A stretch of 49,024 nucleotides of DNA, filler included, from Basidiobolus ranarum (lineage: Eukaryota): the NCBI GenBank assembly GCA_040143965.1. It is 2 parts of 2 records of this genome, joined end to end, with 100 filler letters (N's around TTAATTAATTAA, not from the genome) between each part and the next. Parts side by side here need not be neighbours in the genome. Positions count along the whole stretch, not along the records: positions 24,586 to 49,024 come from JASJQH010000153.1; 1 more part is not named here. The stretch is one strand, 5' to 3'. Positions within the stretch are counted from its first letter, which is position 1. Every line of letters begins with the position of its first letter. The notes under the pieces were generated by a model, which saw only the letters and a list, made by a program, of their open reading frames with translations, ran no database searches and was not told the DNA's origin. Of the stretch, positions 39,986-49,024 are shown piece by piece. The position numbers and the translations under genes were made by a program.

Positions 39986-40994
39986 TTAACGTTTAACCCA
40001 GGTATCCTTCTTTCTAGCCTTGGGTTGACCAGTCTTTTTACGTTCAACTCTGCGAGGATCGTGGGTGATACATCCGGCTAGAAATGGATCCCATGTTAGT
40101 CAACAGTTACTAGTGAACTTATCCTTGGAATGAAATGTTAGTTACCTTCTCTGAGTACAGGCTTCTTCGAGAGATCTTGAACGATCAAAGCTCTAGTCAC
40201 ACCAAGAGCAACAGACTCAGCTTGTCCTAAAGGCAAAACAAGTCAGTATATAGTACATATTAACCAAGAGAAGATGTAAATTTCTTACCAGTGGTTCCAC
40301 CACCTTGAGCCAATGCCCAAGTATTGTACTTTCCTAAGGTATTGGAAGCAATAAAAGGGAATATGGTCTTTTCACGATCATGTTGATGATAAAAGTAGTC
40401 GGCGAGAGGTTTACCGTTGACAAAGAATTGACCTTCACCTTCTACCATCCAAACACGAGCAGAGGAACTCTTACGCTTTCCAAAACCATAGGATTTACCA
40501 AATTCATCCACTGCTTTCACTTTTTGGACTTCTTCACCTACATCTACGGCTCTCTTGAACCGTTGCAAATATGCGGTAATATGCTCAGGTAAGTTTTGTT
40601 TACGATTTAAAACATTAAGACGAGAAGTGATCTTTCTGTATTGAGCAGAAGTCAAGGAAAGACCTAACACCTCCGAAAGACGTTTGTTGGTTAACCAAGG
40701 GGAAACAGTAGTATTGATGGTAATCTCTGAGAAGTCCGAATATTCCTTTTGAAGTTCGTCTAAATTCATCAACAGATCATTGTAGTCAGGATTGCCAGTA
40801 AAGTAGGAGGCCGAACGAGGGACTTCACGTGGTTTAATGGTTGGCTCTTGAGAAGTATAGTTAAAAGTAGAAGCCGAACGGACTCCAAGGTGGCTAGTAA
40901 CTCCATAAACCTTATTACCAAGGAAACTCTTAGGAGTGCCGAGGCGAACAGAAGCACAACGAGCTAGTTGAACTCCCCGAATGAATGAACTCAT
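39986..40994 (-). CDS. MRPS9: Mitochondrial ribosomal protein uS9m; exons 40994-40289, 40226-40146, 40077-39986
   Basis: Presequence-like N-terminus; GKRKSSSARVW, GGGTTGQAESV, DPRRVERKKTGQPKARKKDTWVKR. Confidence 0.94.
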
Positions 40995-41422
40995 TTTGTT
41001 TTCTAGAACGACTTAACTATGACACTGAGTTCTCGTTCAAGTTGACTGTCACGGTTTGGTATCTTACGGACCAATTCAACTTTTTTCTTGCGAATGGTCC
41101 CCCTGTGGAAAGCACAAAATTTTTGGTCGAACCCAAAAAGGGGTACAATTTTGCATTGATTTGATGGATACCCCAGACCCCAGAAATTTTCTTCTTTCTA
41201 GTCCATTGATTTAGTCTAATGCGAATACATGTGTAGATGAATGAGATGCTGTATGATATATTTGAAATTTATTGTTTCATTGTTTCCTTGTTACATTGGT
41301 ATGGTTACAAAGAAAGACTAAAGAAAAAATGGGATGAAATGTTATCTAGTATAGAGAGGAGAGCATGGATGAGAGTGCAGTATGCATGTTTTTATCTTGA
41401 GAGTGAAAGTCGTCATGGCATC

Positions 41423-42425
41423 TTATTGTGACTTGGTGGCAGTGACTGTGCTCCACTTTTGTTGGAGAGAGACTACAGCACCGGCCATATCTTTGTGTCC
41501 ACGCTTCTCATAAGCAGAAATCAAACTATTGGCAGCCTCTTCTGTCAAGGGCTTGGCCAAACTCTTTCTTTTGTTACACCAATGTTTGTAATCCGTGAAA
41601 GTAGCCTTGGCTCTGTCCCATCCAATCTTAGTGTTGCCGTGAAGGCAAGCCTCCAAAAGGAGAGAGAAATTGTTTGCTTCATACTCAACATTATAATAGG
41701 GCATGATACCAAAAGTACGGAACATGTTATCTAAATGTTGAACGTACTCTTCCTCGTTCTCCTTGTCAATGGCTTGCACAGCTTTGGTCTTGAAAGCTCT
41801 CATAACATCGGCAAAGTTGGAGGAAGCGGGGAAGTGGTGGTAAGTAGCAGGGTCAGAGAAAACTGTAAGAGCCACCTCAGGAGTATTGAATTTACAACAC
41901 ATCTTGACAAGATATCTGGTAGTAAAGACATCAATAGGGTATTGCTGGTTTCTCCATTGGGCAAGAAGTTGAGGCAATAATAAAACCTCCTCGGCATTGG
42001 ATACTTTCATAAGTAAATTGTTTAAAGCGGTATGACGAATTGGCTGAAGACCATGAACTTTGGGAATAGAACGAGTGATAAGACTTTTGTAAATTTTGTA
42101 GAAATCGGCGCTTACACCAGAAGTCTTGGCGGGAATGGGAGTAGACTCCGTAGCCTCACTCTTTGGAGTAGCTAGAAAAATAGGAAACTCGTTAAGAACA
42201 ACACTCTAGACGCCAAGTAAATAATAACTCGGTTTACCTAACAAAGGTCTAGCAGCATGAAGTTGTCTTACTATATAAAATACACCACAATTTCGAAGAC
42301 ATAAAAGTTAATTCCCAACGAACTAAAGCACCCTTCATATGTTTTTAGGTTTTACCTTGAATAGTGGACAAAACTCTCTGTTGTACGGAGAAAGGTCTTA
42401 AATTTCTAAGCATATTGGCAGCCAT
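41423..42425 (-). CDS. Probable mitochondrial helical-repeat (PPR-like) protein; 3 exons including a ~33-nt exon at ~42270-42238
   Basis: Arg/Ser/Leu-rich presequence MAANMLRNLRPFSVQQRVLSTIQ; PPR-like helices (TRYLVKMCCKFNTPEVALTVF; FSLLLEACLHG; ANSLISAYEKRGHKDMA). Confidence 0.65.
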
Positions 42426-43075
42426 CTTCGAATGTCACGGTCAACCCAGAAAAGTTGAGACAAATTCCTCTCTTTCTTGTCAAAATTTTCCCTGGTGCTA
42501 ATACCAAAAAAATTCTCGCTCAATCCCAGTACCTTGGTTTTTGATCACATACAGAGATCTAGTTTGTATTTAAACGTGATTTTAAATATCGTTTAAATCT
42601 AATCAAATTTCCCACTAAGTCTCTCCTGGGGGGACAGTCCAGGTATAAAACAAAATTCATGCTGAAATGACACAACAACCCTAACCCAACCTATGACAGT
42701 TAAGAAATCATTTCGATTTTGAACGGAGATTTAAAGGAACCATTAGAATTTGAATGATTGGACTATGCATTATACCCACCTCAGTAATACAATATTTCGA
42801 AATTAAATGGATTCCTACCAATGGTAATGCTTTGTGATGGATATCCTGATCTAGCTCCAATATAGCTCTAGATATTTATCATGTTAATCATCAGTGATAT
42901 GTATAATTGAAACATTTCTCGAAATAATATATAAAGCCCCAGTTTCACCAAAATTGTTTCTAATCCACTTTTACCTTTACCCTATTTTTTCTTGGTGTAA
43001 TTATCCTTACCTTACTGTCTGTTAGATACTCCTACGTCGCTTCCGCCCTATCCATCCTATCCGTAAACCTCAAAA

Positions 43076-43378
43076 ATGCACAAATCTAAAAAAGCACGAG
43101 TCCCTGAAAGTCCCGTTGACCTTAGTCATAGTACCCGCCCCAAAATCCCTCAGCCAGTCCAGTCTTCTCTGATGTGCGGACCGATGCGTGTTCGTAAGGC
43201 TGTGAGTGAGGGCTACAAGCATACCAACATGATGTCTAATCCCTTTAACGCACATCCCGTTGATCAATCACCTTCTAAAGTCGTTGATAACGCTTCTCAA
43301 ACTCACGGAATCAAACACAAAACTTCACATCAAACCTTATTGACCAGCTACTTTGAACCAGAGTATATGGATATATAG
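43076..43378 (+). CDS. spd1: Ribonucleotide reductase inhibitor, Spd1/Dif1 family (Hug domain)
   Basis: MHKSKK...RPKIPQPVQSSLMCGPMRVRKAVSEGYK closely parallels recalled S. pombe Spd1 (RPQLPESIQGSLMDVGMRVRKSISTGYK). Confidence 0.85.
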   Translation: MHKSKKARVPESPVDLSHSTRPKIPQPVQSSLMCGPMRVRKAVSEGYKHTNMMSNPFNAHPVDQSPSKVVDNASQTHGIKHKTSHQTLLTSYFEPEYMDI

Positions 43379-44187
43379 TTAACCTATTACCTTTATGGTC
43401 TCTGCTTTTAAATATATTCTATCCAAATTCTTCTTGGTTCGTGTGTGTGTATGTATTGATCTTTTCGTTTAAGAACCCAGTTCTTTAAGAATTTTTAATT
43501 GTTTATTATCTTTTATCTTTCACTTTTCCCTTACTTTCCATTTCTTCTGGTTTTAAATGGAGCAGACTTTTGGTTACCTCACACGATGTAGTCATTGGAA
43601 CCAGCAGTTCACGACGCTTTTAATTCTCCCCAAAATCCCCTTGACCTGATAATCAAATATTGTTAATATAGTCATTTTAATCCAACGATAGCATCGTCAT
43701 TTTCCACTTCCATTGAACTATTATATATTTAAAATAACCCATCTATTAGAATATTAATTTCTTTAGAAGTAGTTGTTTGTTGTTTCATTAATACCAATCT
43801 TTTGAAAAAAAAACCATCGAATTTTACTTTCTACAACAAATATATGTTTCCATTTTGATCCATGGAACTCTGGTTGTGAAAGAAGGATCCAAATCAAGTT
43901 AAGGGTTTACGTGAGTGATCGAAGTCACAATGAGTGCATAACAAAGATAAGTTAAAGGAATCATCAACATTAGCATAGATTCATTCTAAGATCTATCGTT
44001 TAAGTTTACCATATTACATGTATAAGAGATAAGTTTATTGAATTTCTCTTCCAAAGGGATATTATAATACAGTCTAACTGAGATAATAGATTTCCTCTCT
44101 AAACTATGAAATGTTCCATTTTATCAAAGGTAGGAAGAAATCGAATTATGAAAGAATGAGTTGAAATCAAATAATATATATTCAATT

Positions 44188-44833
44188 TTACGTCTCTAAA
44201 GCCATAATCTCTCTACGTGATTTGATTATCAATTCAGGTACATCAGGTTGCTTATTTTTCACTAAAAAAATACAAACATTCATTAGTTAGAAGTTAAGAA
44301 TAAAAGAAAACGGTGGAAAACTCTATCGAATTGTTCTCACTTTGACTGGTCTCTTGTTGTAACTTTAAGAGTAAATCTTTGTCGTATTTTATGGCTACTT
44401 GTTGACAGGATTTTATGGTACCACCAAGGTGTATCACTCGAAATAGACACTCTCGTTTCTCAACAGAGGTGATAAAAGTTAAAGTGGCCCATAAAGTGTG
44501 AAAATAATCTCTACCTACACGTACAATCCCAATGTTTGTATAGGGACTGAAATATTTCACTAATAAAAATGAGTCAGTCAAGTTCCAACAACAATAATGT
44601 CCCCCTATTCCTAAAAAAAACGATATCTAACCTTGTAAAGAAGAGCCTAGACAACCACGACCATAATCACCAAAGTTCAAAGTGAGTTGTTCTTTAAATA
44701 GGTTTTGAAGTGAACGAGTGTTCAAAGGTGTCTCGAAGGGATGAGAAGGATGGAGGAAATGGGTGACTTTCGAACTATTCGTATCTTCAAATAGAATTTC
44801 AAATAAAATATATCTGTTCTTGAAACGAACCAT
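44188..44833 (-). CDS. POP5: RNase P/MRP subunit Pop5; exons 44833-44632, 44559-44341, 44261-44188
   Basis: MVRFKNRYILFE, NFGDYG, LQVKYFSPYTNIGIVRVGRD, RVIHLGGTIKSCQ. Confidence 0.93.
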
Positions 44834-45120
44834 CTTGGGTTATCAAAGCTCTCGTGGAAGTGAAGGTAGTATATTATGATGGTTGAGTTATTATTCCCTT
44901 AACCTTTTTTTTTACTTTATAAATTCGATAATTAAATCTCCCGGTTAATATCGAGATCTTGCCATAAGAGAGAATTGGATAAATGCAGCAAATTAGGGCA
45001 TGTTGCTTAGTATTCTTAGTTTAGTCACGATAAGATTAACCTGGAGAGGGTCAGATGGAACGGGCACAACGACGAAATGTGACAGGTGAAATCGAGAGGG
45101 CTATCTTCACTACCCAGCTA

Positions 45121-46249
45121 TTATGGCTCTTGTGGAGCAGTCTGTGGCTGTGGTGAATATGTTTCCTGGCTGCCAGGAGGTCGAAGCCCATATTGCTGAG
45201 TTTGCTGTTGCATTTGCTGTAATTGGAGCTGGTACTGCTGTAACTGTTCTTGAGTGAACTAGAGGCAAATATTGGTCAATCAATGGTGCTTGGAGATGGG
45301 AATAATCAACCAACCTGTTGGTAGTATGCAGGATCGATTACTCGTTGATCCACGGCAACATTCTAAAATTCAACATGTTTAGATGCAGCTTCATGGATAG
45401 TCGATTCAAATACATACCGCTGGATATTGAGATAGCCCTGTAGCTTGATAGTAGGCATTATATGCACTAGGATCATAGATTTCCGACTATTTTGGTATAT
45501 AACATTAATAATATGTAGATGCATCACTTTCATCAATCTACTTGCCTCTTCTTTGGGTCTTTTCGCCTTGGTATCTTCTCGGGGAACAATATCTATTAGA
45601 AAATCGAACTGGTCCGACTTACTGACCGCACTAGCGACGTCACTACGTTGCAAAGTTCTGCGTTTATTTTCTTCTGCATGCATCCAAGCACGCATTGTAA
45701 TTTCAGTGATAAAGATTTCGCAAGCCTTTGAAAATAGAATAGGAGCCTACTCAGAGAAGTATAAGTAAGCCATAGGTGAATATGAAATTTTCTCAAGAAC
45801 TACCTCAGCACTGATCATCTAAATAATATATGACAAAACAGAACAATAAGTTAAAAGGCGTCGAGATAAGAATAATAGGTTACTGTTGAATAGAATAATA
45901 TATGTAACTTATTAATGGAGCTAACCTTGACATCTTCATCCGTTTTCATGACCTTCTTAATTCGAGCTAACGGTAATGGGTGAAGTTTGAAGTCAGAATC
46001 ATATGTTTCCGCTATGGATACCTGATTGACCCAGAAAGACTGTAAAAATTGTTCTTGTTGAGAGAGTTGTGCCGCTGATGTTTGTGGTTGTGAATGTTGC
46101 TGCGTAGGTGTTTGCGGCTGAGTTGGGTTGGCAACGGGAGTCATTTGCTGCTGATAGGCCAGTTGACTTGTCGCAGAGGTTGTCAATGATAAGGAGGGGG
46201 ATGGAGTCAAATTCATCTGACTACTGGTAGGTGAGTGAGAGTCGGACAT
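45121..46249 (-). CDS. HAP5: CCAAT-binding complex subunit Hap5/NF-YC/HapE, about 6 exons including a 15-nt micro-exon (45818-45804, MISAE)
   Basis: [59 protein letters not shown]...[10 protein letters not shown]. Confidence 0.95.
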
Positions 46250-46338
46250 TAGAGATGATTAAGTCTGATTGAGCGCGTCAAAATTCCAACCGAATCCTCT
46301 GCTCCTATTGCATTTCCATTTTTAATTACTGCTAACAT

Positions 46339-46371
46339 TAGCCAATCCCATTACAATCCCATTACAATCCC
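46339..46371. promoter_or_regulatory. CCAAT box (TAGCCAATC) merging into an 11-bp tandem repeat CAATCCCATTA x ~2.6, about 90 nt upstream of HAP5
   Basis: Read directly: tagccaatcccattacaatcccattacaatccc. Confidence 0.5.
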
Positions 46372-46599
46372 TGAAAGTCATTGTGACTGAATTACTTGTA
46401 AAATCAAAGGTGGTGGCGTCTCATTCAATTTGTCTTCTTTATTGGTGTACTCCTTGGTTGCGTTTCCATATGGTGCGTTATTTATCTATGAATCCACATG
46501 CCCCGAGTAAGTGGTCATATAAAATATTCCTTTTTATTGATATGGAAATTGATTTAAATGAGTGACGAGTGACGGGTAATGAGTGATTTAATGCTTTTG

Positions 46600-46632
46600 T
46601 AGTAGAAACATCAAATCACCATGTTTCTACTA
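46600..46632. repeat. Perfect 12-bp inverted repeat with 9-nt loop, 30 nt downstream of the SHM1 stop codon
   Basis: TAGTAGAAACAT-caaatcacc-ATGTTTCTACTA. Confidence 0.6.
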
Positions 46633-46662
46633 GTTACTTGGAATTTACATTATGCCTGAGAA

Positions 46663-48165
46663 TTATAAACTGTATTTCATTTCGGATTCATTGAAGCCGA
46701 CAGTGGGGAATCGACGAGAAAATTCGATAACATCATTCTTGAGTTGGCCAACTTCAGCAATATGTGAGCCATCACCAACATAAGCCTTGAAGTCCTTCAA
46801 CTTAGAGCCACCTGCCTTCTTGTCAGCCTCAGCTGCAATCTTGACTGCACGATCAATGAACCCTGCAATCTTCTCGAAATCCGCCTCATTAAGACCGCGG
46901 GAGGTCATAGCAGGTGTACCAACACGCAGACCACTAGGTACAAGAGCACTCTTGTCGCCGGGAACAGTGTTCTTGTTAGCTGAGATGTTAACCAACTCAA
47001 GAATACGCTCCACACGAGAACCATCAACACCACGTGGGCGGAGGTCGACTAAGACAAGATGGTTGTCAGTACCGCCAGATACTAGCTCAAAGCCATGAGA
47101 GAGGAAGGCTTTGGCAAATGCTTGGCAGTTGGACAATACTTGCTGTTGGTATTGTTGGAACAAAGGATTCTTGGCTTGCTTCAAAGCAACAGCCAATGCA
47201 GTGATGGTGTGGTTGTGTGGGCCACCTTGGTGACCTGGGAATACCGACTGGTTAATGGGGTTCTCCAAGTTGTACTTGATCTCTTCACCCTTCTTGTTGA
47301 CCTTACGGACACCTTTGCGGAAGAAGATGATGGCACCACGAGGACCACGGAGTGACTTGTGAGTGGTGGTGGTGACGATATCGGCATGCTCGAATGGACC
47401 AGGGAGAACTCCAGCGGCAACAAGACCAGAGATGTGAGCCATATCAGCCATCAAGTAAGCATTGACCTTGTCAGCAATCTTTCTCATGCGAGCATAGTCA
47501 ATGTTACGTGCATAAGCAGAAGTACCGGCAATGATCACCTTTGGTCGGTACAAAATAGCGTTCTTCTCTAATGCATCGTAGTCGATGAGGCCAGTGGTCT
47601 CGTCAAGGCGGTAGGGTAGAGACTCAAAGTAGGAACTAGTGGCTGAGATCTTCTTGGTCTCAGTTTGGAAACCGTGAGACAAGTGACCACCATGGGTAAG
47701 TTCCAAACCCATAAGACGATCATGAGGCTTCATGATAGCTGAGTAGACGTAGAGATTGGCTGGGGCACCAGAGAGAGATTGGACGTTCACTCCCCATCTC
47801 TCAGGGTCAAGGTTGAAAGCCTCTAAAGCTCTCTTCTGACAAAGGGTCTCGGCCATATCGATAAACTCGTTACCACCATAGTAGCGAGCACCAGGGTATC
47901 CCTCAGAGTATTTGTTTTGCATTACTGAGCCAAGAGCATCCATGACGGAACGAGAAGTGAAGTTCTCGGAAGGAATGAGGCAAATACCATCACGTTGTCT
48001 AGTTTTCTCCTTCTCGATAATATCAAAAACTTCAGGGTCAACCTCAGTCAAACGAGCGTTTAAGAGTTCCTTCTGCTTAGCCACATAGGACATAGCTCTG
48101 AGAGGTACGCGAGTAGCGACAGCAGAGACAGAGGCAGTTCTCAAAGCGCGGGTGATGGCAAACAT
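46663..48165 (-). CDS. SHM1: Serine hydroxymethyltransferase, mitochondrial precursor, intronless
   Basis: Presequence [44 protein letters not shown]-lysine motif [13 protein letters not shown]. Confidence 0.97.
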   Translation of the reverse strand: MFAITRALRTASVSAVATRVPLRAMSYVAKQKELLNARLTEVDPEVFDIIEKEKTRQRDGICLIPSENFTSRSVMDALGSVMQNKYSEGYPGARYYGGNEFIDMAETLCQKRALEAFNLDPERWGVNVQSLSGAPANLYVYSAIMKPHDRLMGLELTHGGHLSHGFQTETKKISATSSYFESLPYRLDETTGLIDYDALEKNAILYRPKVIIAGTSAYARNIDYARMRKIADKVNAYLMADMAHISGLVAAGVLPGPFEHADIVTTTTHKSLRGPRGAIIFFRKGVRKVNKKGEEIKYNLENPINQSVFPGHQGGPHNHTITALAVALKQAKNPLFQQYQQQVLSNCQAFAKAFLSHGFELVSGGTDNHLVLVDLRPRGVDGSRVERILELVNISANKNTVPGDKSALVPSGLRVGTPAMTSRGLNEADFEKIAGFIDRAVKIAAEADKKAGGSKLKDFKAYVGDGSHIAEVGQLKNDVIEFSRRFPTVGFNESEMKYSL

Positions 48166-48762
48166 ATTTTCTTTTTACAACACAGTGAAAGAAATGAATT
48201 TATCAATCGTACGTTCAAGAAGGTAAATAGATAGGTTTTACAAAATTGATAGTGTCAAACTCTTGACTCGGTGGAAAGACTAGTTTCGTGTGTTCCTTAA
48301 TACTGCAGGAGTTTCTACCTGAAACCCTTTTCCTTTTAAAAATAGGACTTCAATCAATTGATTATTACCAAATAATCTTACCATGATCTAATATAGAGAA
48401 ACAATAATATTATTGAAGGGTAGTTTTTTTTTACCGCAATTCCATTTTTACCATCTCTAGTAATCAAGCCACTAACTCTGATTTAGGAATGGGTGACAAG
48501 GGATGACTAAAGGACAGACAGTAATAGATGGGGTAGGTAACCTCAGCAACTATCAGCCTCATGATTGGATTGATAGTCGAAATACCTTGTCAAAATTATT
48601 ATTTATTTATTGATGTACTGAATGTATGCTTTACATAGGCTAAGATTTTAGTACGCAAGTGAAATGTAAGAACTGAGGTTCTGAAAAATTGTTCAATCAC
48701 ACGCGATCAAACCAGTTTAGCCAAAAAGTGTTTTAAGTGGTGAGAATGCAGATATCAGGTGT

Positions 48763-49024
48763 CTATAGAGCATATTTCATCTCCGATTCATTGAAACCAA
48801 CAGTGGGGAATCGACGAGAAAACTCGATAACATCTTCCTTGAGTTGGCTAACTTCAGCAATATGTGAGCCATCACCAACATAAGCCTTAAAGTCCTTCAA
48901 CTTAGAGCCGCCGGCCTTCTTGTCAGCCTCAGCTGCAATCTTGACTGCACGATCAATGAACCCTGCAATCTTCTCGAAATCCGCCTCATTAAGACCGCGG
49001 GAGGTCATAGCAGGTGTACCAACA
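48763..49024 (-). CDS. Second SHMT copy, 3' end only (continues beyond the window)
   Basis: Near-identical to 46663-46924 at an offset of 2100 nt; intact frame ending SEMKYAL*. Confidence 0.93.
   Translation of the reverse strand, partial: VGTPAMTSRGLNEADFEKIAGFIDRAVKIAAEADKKAGGSKLKDFKAYVGDGSHIAEVSQLKEDVIEFSRRFPTVGFNESEMKYAL

Overview
Gene-dense, AT-rich eukaryotic DNA with many short (~55-70 nt) introns. The proteins are fungal-like, probably from an early-diverging lineage; a Basidiobolus-like zoopagomycete is my unverified guess. An artificial spacer (N44-TTAATTAATTAA-N44, 24486-24585) joins two contigs, so adjacency across it has no biological meaning. Left contig: G-protein beta, RER1, eL28, a BORCS8-like gene, TPS2, eS26, two tandem FHA-forkhead paralogues, Kish/KSH1, a Nem1/CTDNEP1-like phosphatase, eS1 and NHP10. 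Right contig: a foldback inverted-repeat element, a Yox1-like homeobox gene, a divergent Polo-like kinase, a 7TM-RGS protein, uS4/RPS9, an AMP deaminase, mitochondrial uS9, a PPR-like mitochondrial protein, an Spd1/Dif1-family RNR inhibitor, POP5, HAP5/NF-YC and two tandem SHMT copies. The most unusual signal is the AMP deaminase: it lacks its catalytic C-terminus and runs in frame, across a clean intron, into what resembles the C-terminal motif of the RSC subunit Rsc1/Rsc2. All family assignments come from recalled motifs; no database search was run.
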